Part shown: positions 11,929 to 25,583 of the stretch, piece after piece
How the letters are laid out: each line of letters starts with the position of its first letter
How positions within the stretch are numbered: the first letter of the stretch is position 1
Source of the DNA: Calcarisporiella thermophila CBS 279.70
Lineage: Eukaryota; Fungi; Calcarisporiellomycota
Assembly (NCBI RefSeq): GCF_041956535.1
Contig: NW_027192220.1
Location: forward strand, 185,299 to 249,298
Length of the DNA: 64,000 nucleotides
Direction of reading: 5' to 3'
The notes under the pieces: model-generated
Database searches by the model: none
What the model was told of the DNA's origin: nothing
The model's input: the letters and a program-made list of their open reading frames with translations, nothing else
Program-made: the position numbers and the translations under genes

Positions 11929-12608
11929 CGGTTGATTGAAGACGCAAAGGTATTTCGCCTTCGCCCTCGATTCACGCTGCCCTTTTCGATTTCGGGTGAA
12001 GAGTCTGGTGTGATGATGAATTTATGCGAGGCAGCACGACGAAGTTCCTCCTTTGATATAACAGGTACACCAGCATACAAGCGCTCTACCACGCTGCTTA
12101 GACGTTTTTCACGCGCACTATTATACATTCGAGATGGCTGTGATTTTCGTTGTTGTTGCTGGAGTTGTTGTCTTTGCTGTTGCAGCTGTTGTTGTGGCTG
12201 TAGTTGCTTTGTTCTCTTTTCCTGTCTCATTGCCCCCTCTCCAATTTCTTGCGATATATCCTCCTCTTCTTCTATTACATCGTCATTATCTTCATCATAA
12301 TCACCATCGGCGCTATGAGGGTAATGGCTTAATGGATGGTTTAAGGGAGGTAGGAGAGCTGCAAGCTGATCATCCTCGTCATCCTCATCCTGCGACTATT
12401 AAAAGAAGAACGAAACACAACCAAGAGTATTAGTATTGAAACCATGTGTAATCTAATCGCTAGCAGCAACAAAGGCGAATTGTGTTGTTCCATTTTATTT
12501 TCTAGCTCTCCAACAACTCCCCTTTGTTACCCAGCGCAACATGGACGCGCGCGAGGCCTCACTTACCAATTGAGAACGCGAATAAGGAGGTGTTAACGCG
12601 GAAGCCAT
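10581..12608 (-). CDS. Low-complexity Gln/His/Ser-rich protein with short coiled-coil motifs (possibly Mto2/SPA18-like)
   Basis: Exon 1 (12608-12567, MASALTPPYSRSQL, GTAAGT donor) splices in frame to exon 2 starting at 12395, continuous with the 549-aa ORF. Contains poly-Q/H tracts and motifs LWNEIEEMKSRIIRLE and RSDEQVRVLTELLL. Confidence 0.75.
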
Positions 12609-13037
12609 GAAGCGAAATGTAAACAATGGCTGGTCGCAAGTCGAAAGGGAGGAGGGGGACGTTGGGGAGCCAAAGGGACTCTTAGGGGAGAAAGAAGGAA
12701 AGGATGGCGATATTTTGAATGAGCGGACAAACTGGGTGGCGAACTGAAAAAGAAAGGGCCAGGTTCAGTTATAAACAAAGAGGAGAGCCGTCAGCTTTGA
12801 TCTGGCCACTGAAATTTCAAATATGCCCCAGACTTTAGCGTCCGACGATGTTTCGCTCTCATATCAGAAAATGAGCCCCACAGCCGAACAATTTCTCACA
12901 CATGCCCAGATTGCCGTGGGGGCTCTCCGATTCTGCCCACCAACTTCTCTTTATTTCCCTCCACAACCTTCACAGTCAATAAATAGAATTATTGCGGCCA
13001 ATGCCTCTACAAACATTCCGGAGCAACCAAAATAGCC

Positions 13038-14159
13038 TCAGCGCGGGTGCGAAAATCCCACCTCGCTATCCCCCTGCGCATCTGCAAGGCGGATCAGGTT
13101 TGCGTATTTACCAAGCAAGCTGGCTGGGAGCATTTGTCGGAATCTCTCCTCTCGCATCCAGCTATGGCCCCCATTGGGAGCGCCAAATAGGTTACAATTA
13201 GTTCTCTCTTTCCCTCTCTCAATCAGCATGGCATCAAGCTCCGAGGAGCCAAGAACACGCACCTTAAACCATGCTGCAGAATGTTCTGCGCCCGATGCGC
13301 TCCTCCCACGGTACATCCCATGCACGCATGGAGCGTCACACGGCGCTGTTTGCACGAGTAGCGTGCGCGATGCAAGATGTTATTGTTATAGAACACGGTC
13401 TGCCCAGCTTTGAGCTTCACGACCTTTTCGCCGGGCAGAGGAGCATAGCCATCAGAGATCATGGTGTCACGCTCTTCAGGGGTGCGAACCCTCAAATGAG
13501 ACCCAGGAACAACGATGAGAGCATCGTCGTCTATGAAGCATGAAGCATTGGATCAAAGACCATCTCTGATGTCAAGACGGTCGGATGAAAAAAAAAAAAT
13601 ACCATAAAGAGCCGTGTTCCATTGCGTTCCGTAATGCGGAATCTTCAGCTTCTCTCTTTCTTCTTCTTCAGTGGCGTCTATGGGGATAGCGTCCCTATGC
13701 CAAGTTAGCTGATAGTCGCTCTCTCGAGGATTTATTAACAAGTTAAAAAGTTCGAGCTGCAATTCCTCCTCCTTCACTCCCAAAATGTCACAAACCGCTC
13801 CAAGGAGAGCTGGCGAACCATACCATTGCGCGAATATCGGCTCGCCCAAGTCTGGATGCATCACATGCTGGATGCCCCAGACATCAGGGCCGTCCTCCGG
13901 CCAGGGCGGGAACTGCACACCAGCAATCCTCCTATAAATTCGTGTATCATAGCAATAAAGATAATTAGCGAATCGCCATTCGCCATCTATGCCATTGGAT
14001 GAGCGATGCTCACCGATGCTTCCACTCATCATTCCTCGCCTTGGCAATAATACGCTCGCAAGCCTCCTTGAGGGGCTGCTCCATCTCGGGCGGGATGAGG
14101 CCATCCACCACCACATAGCCGTCCTCGTCCAGCTGCTGTTTAAGCGAGTTTCCTCCCAT
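13038..14159 (-). CDS. Phytanoyl-CoA dioxygenase (PhyH) family Fe(II)/2-oxoglutarate dioxygenase
   Basis: LDEDGYVVVDGLI N-terminus, LTWHRD (HxD), KLKAGQTVFYNNNILHRA (distal His) and RVTLH; GT-AG introns. Confidence 0.88.
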
Positions 14160-15332
14160 CTTGCTAGTCGATTTGGGGGGCCGTTCCTAGGGCTGGTGAG
14201 AAAAATGGGCTTTCGAATTTTCGGGCTTGCACTACCCTTATGACCCTGCGGTTAAACTTAAGGTTCCACCTCTCCTCCCTTGCCTCGTTCCATTTGAGGT
14301 ATATGAAAGCCAAGCCACGCTTCGGTCCTGGCTCCATCAGCTCTCTGCGAGGCAGAGTCTAGAAATTCTCCATTTGGCAGGAGCCCCGCTCGACCGGAAA
14401 AGAGCAGAGGAAAATCCATCACAGGAGGAATGTGCTGGGAATTTGATAAACGCGCGGGCCAACTTTCTCCCATCTCTGGCGACGTCGCGGGCGTTTCGAA
14501 TGCGGCCACGCTGCTGGCCAACGGCTCAGCGGCCATAGTACCAATCGGGCATCTGGTCACATTGCTTTATTCGATGATTAATGCAAAATGGACCCAAGAT
14601 CGAGGATAAGCCACGCGGCTCTATGTCATGTCAACCGGTATTTTTAATTTCAATCCGATGCCGCCGAGAGAGGGGGCGAGCCGGCCCCAAGCCAAAGCCC
14701 AATCCCCTTTTCTGAAATGGACAAGCCCCTCCGGCATAATCGACATGCCCAATAGGTGGGATCGGCTCTTCAAAACGGGAATCGGTTCAACTTTTTTCAC
14801 AAATGAAGAGCTGATAAAAATAGAAACCGAGAGCGGTGGCCTTTCCTCGCTCTTGGGCGACCGGCCGCGACAGCGTCGTCCTCTGTCGCGGGCCTCGCCG
14901 CAACCCTACATAAGCTGCTGGCCGGTTCTGGACATGGGGCTGCCATATTGGGGGCTGTGTTCAAGCCGCCGCTTCGCCGAGGCCAAGATATCGATACGAA
15001 GAAAGAGAGGTTTGCAGCTCCGCAAAAAGGTCGGTTTGCGTGCCCGGAAAAGGTAGTACGGGAAACTCAAATCTAAGAACCTTCATTGTGAAGTGTAAAA
15101 ATCATTTTCGACCTTTGTTTACTTGTTTGTTCGGTGTCCAAGAAATCTGATTTCTCATCCATCGGCTCCGCGATCGTCAATTATGCCCTGCCGCTTAATT
15201 CACTAATCTCTTCGTCATCGTGCTCTTTCTGGTGTATTTTCTCACTTCATCCCGTCGCCGTCGCCCCTCTCTCTGTCGCCATTCTGTTCGCATTAGGACT
15301 CGACCGACGAGCTCTTATCCCCTCATCCCAAT

Positions 15333-18300
15333 ATGCGGCCATCTCTGCAATATTCCCTTACCGATGAGGAGGGTAAGCCCTATCGAAAAAAGTCGCTCGT
15401 ACGTCCCGAACGACTCCGCGTCGATATCTCCAACCGCCTCTTTCACTACCTCACACGTGTAACTAAAAGCAGCCCCGACATCCCTCTCTCCCAACCAACG
15501 CGAATGCATTCCGAGAATCGGCCGCTCTCGGCCGCTCAAAATGGGCCGCGAGGAAATGGAATCGGGCTGTTCCGCGAAAGAACGGGGAGCAAGAGGCATT
15601 CGAACAAGCGTTCGGTCGAATTCAAGTGCTCCTCGTGCTGGATCCTCTTTTGCTATGCTATCACGTTTTTCGCGCCCCCTATCTTGCTTGCAGCTTGCGG
15701 TGAGTGTGTTGCCTGGATAGTTCCTTTTTTTTAGCCTCTCCCCCCCCCCCCGTCTCTGTGCTAGTTGCCATCCCCCCACTCACCCAGTTCCATAACCTAG
15801 GCAAAAAGAACTTGCAAACCCAGCGTGCTTGGCGCGAGAAGATGGGCCTTCTCTTCATCATATTCCTGCTGTGTGCAATGGTTGGGTTCATTTCCTTCGG
15901 CTTATCCAAGGCCCTCTGCAGCTATCCTTCCCGTATCCGAACTGGGAGCTTGGAGGCCTCGCAAGTGATCATCAACGGCGATGCCTATGATCTGAGCCAA
16001 GTTCAACATCCTCCCATCGATAACGTCCAAAACCCAAACCTCCTCTATCTACCCGTTAACGCAACAACTAAAGATATCTCATTTTTATTCCAGAATGTGA
16101 ATCGCCATTGCTTTGGCCTATTGAAGGTGAAGAATGGGGTGAATTGGGGCCAAAACGAGCTCGGCCAAGTCCCCAACTACTTTCCCTGCGTCATACTAGA
16201 TCCTCAACAACCCAAGCAGCCAGAGCCTCTGGCGAATCCGCAGCGCAAAATGTGCCATCTATCCAATCAGGCTCGGGCTGCCTACCGCGGCCTAAAGCCG
16301 GTCGGAGAACTGTATTATACCTGGGAAGACGTTCAGAATCCCAGCGCCCATCTGATAGTTTACAACAAGTAGGTTGAAAGAACCCCATCTTTGTCTGGTT
16401 ATCTGCCACTAACGCGTGGATGATGGTTATCCTTTTTTGTGTTCCAAGTAACGTGCTGAACCTTGATCTTCTCCGCTGGCTCCCCCAGGGGACCTTTGAT
16501 ATGCCCTCGCTCTTCCAGTACCTCCTCGACCCTGTCGAGGCAGACAAACTCCGAGGCAGCGACGTGACGCATCTGGTTGCGAAATTGCAGCAACAGTCGG
16601 CGGCCAACTGCTTGGTGGATATCATCCGCGTGGGCGTGCTCGATGCAAGGCCGTTTGGCTGCCTGGTCTCCGACGCCGTGCTCTACCTCATCCTCGTCGT
16701 GGTGCTGGGCGTGGTGATGTCAAAGTTTGTGCTGGCGGTGCTGTTTGGGTGGCTCCTCTCGTGGAAACTTGGAAATTTCAAGAAGGGGTCCAGGGAGGAG
16801 CGAAGGAGGCGGGAGGAGGAGATCGAGAACTGGGCGAAAAACATTCAGGAGGTAGCCCCGGCCATCAGGCCCACCCATCGGGCCATGAGCTCGCTCTTCA
16901 ACCGCCTGTCGAGGGCGGGCGGGGGAGGGGAGAAGTGGGAGGGCGGCGGTCCGGATCTCGCGAATGGATTGCGATCCTCCTTCCTCTATCCCCACTCGCC
17001 CCATCTCCAATCAAGCACAGCAAGCTCCGCGACGACCACGCCCGGCCAGAGTCCGAACCTGGTCCCCACCCTGGACAGCGACGTCTCGAGCCACTTCAAC
17101 CTGACCCTGACCAAGCCGGTGCCTTGCCCGATCCCCTTGTCCCCCTACGTGGTGCCTCAGCCGGCCCCCGATTACGCCCCCTTTGGCTTCCACTTGCTGC
17201 ACACCATCTGCCTCGTCACCTGTTACTCCGAAGGCGAGGAAGGCATCCGCACCACGCTCGACTCGCTCGCCACCACCGATTACCCCAACAGCCATAAACT
17301 CCTGCTGGTCATCGCGGACGGGAAAGTGACGGGCGCCGGCAATTCGAAATCAACCCCCGAGATCGTGCTGGAAATGATGCAGGATTTGATCGTGCCAGCG
17401 GACCAAGTGCAGCCGCAGTCGTGCCTTGCCATTGCGGAGGGCGCCAAGCGACACAACATGGCCAAAGTGTACGCCGGATACTACCGCTACGATCCGCGCA
17501 CCGTCCGTCGTTCGCGCCAGCAGCGCGTGCCCATGGTGCTGATCGAGAAGTGCGGGACGCCCGAGGAGCAAGGCGAATCGAAGCCGGGAAACAGGGGCAA
17601 GCGTGACAGCCAAATCATGCTGATGGGTTGGCTGCAGAAGGTGATCTTCGACGAGCGGATGACGATGTTCGAGTACGAGCTGTTCAATTCCGTTTGGAGC
17701 GTCTCCGGCGTGTGCCCCGACAAGTACGAGCTTCTCCTCATGGTACCCCCCCCCATCCGCTCCATCGGGCTCCTGCCTTCCCTCTTCTGCATTGGATGCT
17801 AATCGAAATACTCTCCTCATCTTGTGCTTGTAGGTGGATGCGGATACGAAGGTTTTCCCGGATTCCCTCTCGCGGATGGTGGCCTGCATGGCCCGGGATG
17901 CCTCCATCATGGGCCTGTGTGGGGAAACAAAGATCAGCAACAAGACGCAGTCGTGGGTCACGATGATCCAGGTCTTCGAGTACTACATCTCGCACCACCT
18001 TTCCAAGGCGTTCGAGTCGGTCTTCGGCGGGGTCACTTGTTTGCCGGGATGCTTTTGCATGTACCGTATCAAGGCGCCCAAGGGCTGTGGGGAGAGCTGG
18101 GTCCCCTTGCTGGCCAACCCGGATATCGTGGTGAAATACTCCGAGAACGTGGTCGACACCCTGCACAAGAAAAACCTGCTGTTGCTGGGGGAAGACCGCT
18201 ACCTGACGACCCTGATGCTGAGCACGTTCCCAAAGCGAAAGATAGTTTTTGTGCCCCAGGCGGTGTGCAAGACGGTGGTCCCCGACGAGTTCCAGGTGCT

Positions 18301-19948
18301 GCTCTCGCAGCGAAGGCGATGGATCAACTCGACGGTGCACAACTTGATGGAGCTTGTGCTCGTGCGCGACCTGTGCGGGACGTTCTGCTTCTCGATGCAA
18401 TTCATCGTGTTCCTTGAGCTGATCGGCACCGTGGTGCTCCCCGCAGCCATCTGCTTCACGGTCGTTCTCATCATCTACACGGTGTACACGCTGCTCACCA
18501 GCACCGTCACGCCCGAATCCTATGTCGCGCTGATCCTTCTTGCGCTGATCCTTGGCCTGCCGGCCCTCCTGATTGCCATCACGACCCGAAAGGTGGTGTA
18601 TATCGGGTGGATGCTGATCTACCTCGTTTCATTGCCGATCTGGAACTTTGTGCTCCCAGTGTATGCGTTCTGGCATTTCGACGACTTTTCGTGGGGTCAG
18701 ACGCGCCTGCTGGCGGGAGAGTCGCCCAAGTCCCAGGCCTCGCACGGCGACGATGGAGGAGAGAGCGAGGCCTTGGACCACCGGCGAGTGGTGATGAGAC
18801 GTTGGGCCGACTTCGAGAAGGAGCGGCGCATCCGGGAAGCCAAGGAGAAGGGGCTCCCCCCGCCGAAATTTTTCGAGGACGACTTCACCCTCGCGCCACC
18901 ACGAAGTCCCTACTTGTTTGGCACGGACTCGGGGGTGAACTCGAGTGCGGAGAGCGTGGAATATGTAGGCTCCACCTCATCCTGCCGACACCTGATGGGC
19001 TCCTCCTCCTCGCTTGTCCCCGGCCGGGATGGTCGAGGAAGTAGTGTCAAGTCAGCGGCCACGGGGGGAGAGCATGTGGCCATGACGACGTTTGAAAGCC
19101 ATGCACAGGGCGACCATGCCCCGACGTTGGAAATTAGCCACGGCCAGCCGCATCTCTCGCAAGCTTCTGAGACGGCGCAAGATCTTGTGCCAATCGGGAC
19201 CCTCTCCGGAAGCAAGGAGGCCACCTCCGTGACAACCTCGGCACCCCATGCTCAAGAATCCCACGAAGCAACCGCCTTTGCACCCTCTCCAACCCCTCTC
19301 TCTGCCAAACCCCCTCTCGATGGCGCTCAACCCTATACCTCTTTAGCTCCCCGGCCTCTCCCGCCCACGATCCATAGGGGCCCCATGAACCGGTACTCAG
19401 GGGTCATAAGCGCAATTTCCCCTCGCCGGATCAGCTCCCATGGCATGTACAATAGAAATTCTCTTCAGGCAAAGCGTATCAGCACCACCCCCATGCTCCT
19501 TGGACCTTTAGGCGCCGGCCCCGGCTCCCCCACACCGTTGGACGAGGCGGAGGTGCAGAGTCGGATACGACACCGAACCCATCTGTTCGAGGGCTCTCCT
19601 TGGAGTCAAGTTGAAAACCTGAAAAATTCTGAGCCATACCCAGAACTCGAACAAGCAACCGCCTCGAAGAGTTCACCAGGGACAGAGGCTGACCACAATC
19701 AAGAGGGGCAAGCTCCAACTCGGGAACAAACCCTTCAAAATGAGCCAACTCAGGAGCATGACCAAGTACAAGATCAAGAACAAGAGCCAGAGCCGGAGCG
19801 AGACCAAGTGCAGGCGCAGGAGAAGCAGCAAGAGCAAGAGGAGCCGGAACCGCGAGAGCTCGCAACCACTAATGCCGAGGAACCTGAAGAAGTGCCAACA
19901 GAGGGCGCGCATTTACACGAAATAGAGGATCGACAAGAGAGCAAGTAG
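15333..19948 (+). CDS. CHS3: Chitin synthase class IV (Chs3-like) with cytochrome-b5-like region and long low-complexity C-tail
   Basis: [60 protein letters not shown] and WHFDDFSWG; three GT-AG introns. Confidence 0.95.
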
Positions 19949-20239
19949 ATATAGACCACACCCTGTTGTGACAACACTATTTATTTTTCTTTAATTCCTT
20001 CATGTTTATTTATTCTAAACACAAACCCCAACTCCTCCCTATATAGACTGTTTACCCATGTTCTTTTTATTTAAATTCCTCATATCCCCTTGAATCATTC
20101 CTTCATCTTCCTCAATGGCACTTCCTAGCTACTGAATGTATTCTTCTAATTGCAATATATCTCTTTCCGCTACAGCTCTAGTCTCGGCGGGAGGAACGCC
20201 TCCTTGAGAGTGGTTGACATGATGCAGAAATGGCTTTAT

Positions 20240-22450
20240 TTACAAAATTGGGTTGCGCTCCAACACATACAAATCCAAATAGATGCCCTCGGTAAGAAGT
20301 TGAGGGAGCTGATCGAAATTGACATGGGGAAACTGCCGAGTGATTCGCCGGAGCTGGACGCCGTGTGGAAGCTCCTGGGCTGCGACACGGGCTGTCGAAG
20401 GCGCTACTATCAGGGTTCTAGAGAAAGAGGGGTAGAAGAATTAGGCAGCGCTCCCAGATCCTCCGTAAAGCTGGGGATTTACCTTCGATACACCCCATCG
20501 CTCCCTCTTGCAAACAAGAGATCTCCTCGTTTACTAACTTCAAGTGAGGGTAATGCTTGTCTTTGGTCAAGCAGTCGTCGGACCCTCTCCCACTCCATCC
20601 CCGCGGCGTCTAACACCTCCACTCTCGGGTGATCCGGTGAAGCCGTAGAGTTGGAGGAGGGTGGGAGAGAGCCAAGGAGATGGAGGGGAGGCATATACGT
20701 CTTCCAAAAAATGACGGTAGTCTCCAAAGTTTCATTGCCAAGAGCTTAGGTCAGGTAGAAAAGAAAGAATAACAAAAAAGGATGAGCTAGATGGCACGTT
20801 GTAAAGGGGAGAAAGACAAAGATACCTTGCTTGCTTCGAAAAGCATGCTCGCGACATTTCAGCAGCTCGCCATCCCTGAAAGGGGTGCAATTTCCAACAA
20901 ACACCGCCTCTCGTTGTAATGTTGCCATCATTGGCACAAGTCCCGCTTGATGAAGCACGCCATAGACCAGTAGCAATAACCCATTGAAGAGGAACCATGT
21001 GAGCTTGAACTTTCTCGAGTGCACCACTGGAGAGGCGAGGGAGGAGAGCGGAATGCTGAGGGTAAGAGGGAGGAGAAAACGCGCCTCCTGGTGAGGAAAC
21101 AGGGAAAGAACTAGGGTTCCCATCACGCTTGAATAGTAAAGAACTGGAGGCGATTTAGGATGCTTCATCAAAAGACAGTATGCAACGAGGGGCTAAGCCT
21201 ACCTGTTCGGAACAGCGAACCCGCGGCCCACCGGCCCCATCTTAATGCTTTTACCAAATGGATGAATGCTAGTATGGCCCCAGGGCCAAAAAGAAGTGGG
21301 GTATTAACAAGGATGTGCAAGTACCGGGGATGCAACCCATGTTGCTCCAGATTCTCGGTCGCAGCATTGTAGAGTAAGTTGTTGAGGGGAGCCATGTGCA
21401 CCCCGTGATAATAGAGGGAATCGGCCGCAATACAGAAAAGGGCGGCAGTAAGGACGCCTGAGATGAAATGGAACAGAGCCCAAAGGGACTTGGAGGATAG
21501 GTGGGCGGCGCTTGGCGGGCTGTAGAAAGGACGGGAGAAAATCAAGAGATAGGCGACCCCAACGGGTGCCCCAAATCCCAGAAACGTAATGCGCGTGAAC
21601 ACCCCGAGCACCAAGAAGGCTCCCAACACGAAGCTCCACCGGCCCACAACTTTGCTCTCAGCCGTCGCTTTACATAAAGCGTATACTGCCAGCATAAGCA
21701 ACACCGTTTCGAGTGAGTTCGAGAAGGGCCTCATTAAGAAGGTGTAGATAGGGTATGAGCTTGCAAAAAGAGCAAGAAGGGAATAAGGATCGAGGTTGGT
21801 CTCGCGACTGGCAAGAGAGTAGAGGCAGTAGTCTATAATGGATGAGAGTAGATGCGTAGGTGAGAAAAAAGCACGAGAGATAAAAAAAAGCATCCCAGCC
21901 AAACGGATTGAATACCTATCAGTAGAGATAACACAAAGCATACCATTCGCTGAGCAATGAAGAGAGTCCAAGTATTGACCATATCTAATGACGAAGACCA
22001 GAATTAGTATTTGGAAGACAAGAATCAAGGGCGCATCTTGCTCGTACCAAGTCCCGTAATAGATTCAAAACCTCCAGCGATGCACTTCAATAAGTAGAAT
22101 GAAAGTCCAGTCGTTGCATAACTATTCAAGATAGTAGGGAAACAAGCGCTTAGGGAGCATTACCAAGCGAGAAGAAAACACAGATGCCCTACACTGGCAC
22201 GATGCTCCGGGATGGAGAGCCTTCATCGAATTCCCATGGCCGCAGCGTCTGATACCCGAAGATATCGCCTAAGTCAAGGGGAATGGGGGTTACTGATTCT
22301 CACGGAGCGATTGCTAGGACAGTGGGCAAATCATTTACCGGCTGCGATCTCTGGCGATTGGAAGAACTCATCGGGATGGATGTAACCCGGAAGCAGAGCG
22401 AGAAATGCCCTCGCGACGACCAAGCCAAAGTAGACGCGTCGTGAGCTCAT
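20240..22450 (-). CDS. SMP3: GPI mannosyltransferase 4 (Smp3 / PIG-Z), glycosyltransferase family 22
   Basis: LPGYIHPDEFFQSPE, RPFSNSLET, HGLHPRYLH, SLFPHQEARFLLP, GVLHQAG, FWKTYMPP and C-terminal PHVNFD. Multi-exon; internal boundaries approximate. Confidence 0.9.
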
Positions 22451-22711
22451 CTCGTGTCGGTTCAATTTATTGAAAATAAAGAGCAGATATGAAGGTTCCA
22501 CCAATTACCGTGTTGATTATATGAAGAATTGCAAGTCCGCCGTGCAATCCCCTTTTCGGACCTTGCGTCCTCTTGGACGCTCGCTCTTTGTTTGATAATC
22601 ACTTTGCAAGGAGAACGTTGGGCCTGCTTTGCTTCTTTCCCAGCCTTTGCCCGAAGCGGTTCTCTAGTCAGTCTATTTGTTATCCTAGCCTCGTCGCTTC
22701 GCTAGTTCAGC

Positions 22712-23703
22712 ATGGCCAGCAAGGCTCAATTCCTGCGCGAGTACAAACTTGTTGTCGTTGGCGGTGGAGGTAACCACGTCATTCGGTGATCCTTGCCCGT
22801 TCCATCGCGCCATGATTTCTCTGTTTTTGTGTCATTAGGTGTCGGCAAGTCTGCGCTCACGATTCAATTCATCCAAAGCCATTTCGTCGACGAGTACGAT
22901 CCTACGATCGAGGATTCGTACCGCAAGCAGTGCATAATTGATGATGAAGTCGCCCTCCTAGACGTGTTGGACACGGCAGGACAAGGTACAAACCCACACC
23001 CTCCCTCATTTGTTTCTCCAGCTTTTAATTTCAAATGTCCTCACCGCTAACCCCTTTCCATTTTCACAGAGGAATATAGGTATGTCCTAACCCCCCCCCC
23101 CCATAGAATTTACGGTCTGCTCTTTTATTAATGGATTCTCGATCCCCATCTGGAACTAGTGCCATGCGCGAGCAATACATGCGCACAGGAGAGGGTTTCT
23201 TGCTGATCTACTCGATTACATCGCGCTCATCATTTGAGGAGATTTCAATGTTCCACCAGCAGATCCTGCGCGTCAAGGATAAGGATTATTTCCCAATGTG
23301 TGTTGTAGGGAATAAGAGTGACTTGCTGCACGAGCGGCAAGTATCCACACAAGGTATGGTCCCAATACTCTAATGTCAGCGGGCCCAGACAATGGCCTTT
23401 GCTTATACTTCTGTCGATCGCTTTAACCCCCCTCCCCTCCCAAAATATCCCCTAACGCCTTGTATACAATTTGCCGTAGAGGGTAAAGAGCTTGCCCGCT
23501 CCTTCCAATGCCCCTTCCTTGAATCCTCAGCGAAGGACCGTATCAATGTCGAGGAGTCCTTTTACGAGCTTGTCCGCGAAATTCGCAAATACAACAAGGA
23601 GATGGCGGCTGGTCGCGGGGGGCGAGAAAACGGCAACGCGGGACGGTTTCAGATGGAGGAGGAGGGGGAGGGTGGAAGTGGGTGTTGCTGTGTGGTGATG
23701 TAG
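22712..23703 (+). CDS. RAS1: Ras GTPase
   Basis: [68 protein letters not shown] and CAAX CCVVM; includes a 10-nt microexon at 23070-23079. Confidence 0.97.
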
Positions 23704-25583
23704 AAAAGCTGGTGATGTGCAGGTTCAATTTGAATGGGATTCGGCACGGTCTGATATCATTTTTGTTTGACTATCCACTCTCTTTCCCTCCTCTCTTTAT
23801 CCACTCCTCTCCTCATTGCCAGAATTTATATATAATTATATATATTCTTCTATAATCTTATGATAGCTTGAGAAAGAAATAAGTTTGTTTTATTAATTAT
23901 AACATCCGCTCTACTACTAGATCTTGATTCCCCCGCTCATCTGTTTTTTTCTTCTTCTTCTTTCGATTCCCCTCTTGCCATTTCTCATCCACCACTTCTA
24001 TCCTTTACTCTCTTAATGACCCACTGCCCATCTCCTTCCACTCGATAATATTAATTTATAAAATGACGCAAAAGTCACTCATCCAACGGAACCCCGTTCC
24101 TCTCGTTCTTCAGGCCGTGCGCAAACAAGTCTCTGTGAGTAGAACGGGCCGCAAGCGTTAGAGTTATGAAATCTTATGTCATGGAATATTACGCAATTAA
24201 TTTGGCTGTGTCTCGGAGGCTGGAAGCGCCGGAGCAATGACCACTCAAATTGGTGACTGCATACATTTTGTGTCGAGACATGGAACCTTATCTAGCCTGA
24301 GAGAGGGATGTTCAGAAATTTTCGTGGGGAGATTCGACTGCATTTTTTCCATTTGGCACAAGGATTTACTCGAGAAAAGCCGTCACGCGGCCAAAATATC
24401 CCGACATATGCATCACAGGTGATGCTCAGAGATATAGCACACGACCATGACAAAGCAAGGTCTTTACTTGCATACGACATGTTCTATTGAAGCAAGGATT
24501 GTTTACCAATATAATCGATCTAGAATAAACCGGTCCCCAGGCCAGTGAACACGAGACAAAGGGGCCCAACATGAAAACTGCTCTTTACTCGAAGGATGAG
24601 AATGGGAGCACTGTGTTGAATGGACGCCATATGGCATTATCTGCCGGTGCACAAATTACTTATACCAATCTCTTTACCTGATAAGTTGGCGAAGAAAGTC
24701 TTGGATAAAGAGTCTCGGCTAATTGCTCGAAGGCACAATAGGTTTCCAAGGATGAGAGGAACCACGATTGGGCAAACGGCTCTTGACCTGGTCGTGGGCA
24801 AGCGCAAGGGCCAACCCCCACATGAAATGCGTAATGCTTACTAACTGCGCTGTTCTAACCAGTCCGTTGGATGTAGCTTGAAACGCTCGATATATCAGAT
24901 TTGAGCGGTAACCTCCGAGACTTGGGCATTGAAATGGTTGGATATTGAACAGAGTCGATTCTAGAACACTGGACTTTCATTTCAATACATCTTTTCTCCT
25001 GGGAATTCTGCTGGGTTCTATCTCCGAAACTTTCATAGCTGATAGAAAATTTTCCACTGCGTTCCAAGCACTCGAACGCTCACTATCACAGGAACGGGAA
25101 AGCTGTGAATCACTCACATGGGGGCTCTCCAATACATCACCACCCTATTTCTCGAAAAGTATTTGAACTTTGAAAAACACATGTTTATACTAGATCAAAT
25201 ACTTCACTACAAACTATGCCTATTTTGGCCATCACTCCACATTCAGAGAAAAAGAAGGATGCTCGAGTGCTTTAATAGAGGTGTGAACGTGGTCGATAAA
25301 GTGGCCGATCAATTTCGCAATACCCCCAGGGCAGGAAAGGGATTATAAAATACGCTTCAGCTGTTTCAATTTGCCGTGTTTAATTAACAATTCTAATTTT
25401 CGATAAATTTCTATAACGGCTTATTCTGCAACATGTTCCAGGCTATTTTAAGCCGTTAAACAATATAAAGTCATGGGAGCTTCCACGTAGGTGAGCTTAA
25501 ACGCTATGCTCGATAGTTGATTTCCAGGCGGTGTTCTGTGGTTCCAAAGCAGTCAGCTAGATCTATATGAATTGAGTTTTGTG

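Noticed and set aside
16100-19980. Numerous overlapping and antisense ORFs of 60-220 aa within the chitin synthase (also within importin-9, LPD1 and the MFS genes)
   Set aside because: These are the expected shadow ORFs of GC-rich coding sequence and show no independent motifs.
20745-20825. SMP3 intron starting GTATCTTT as a possible second U12 intron
   Set aside because: The donor has a mismatch and the branch site is U2-like (CCTGAC), with no CCTTAAC.
24237-25348. Cluster of short ORFs between RAS and the PX-like gene
   Set aside because: No coherent spliced model or recognisable family; it may be a decayed gene, but I cannot support that.
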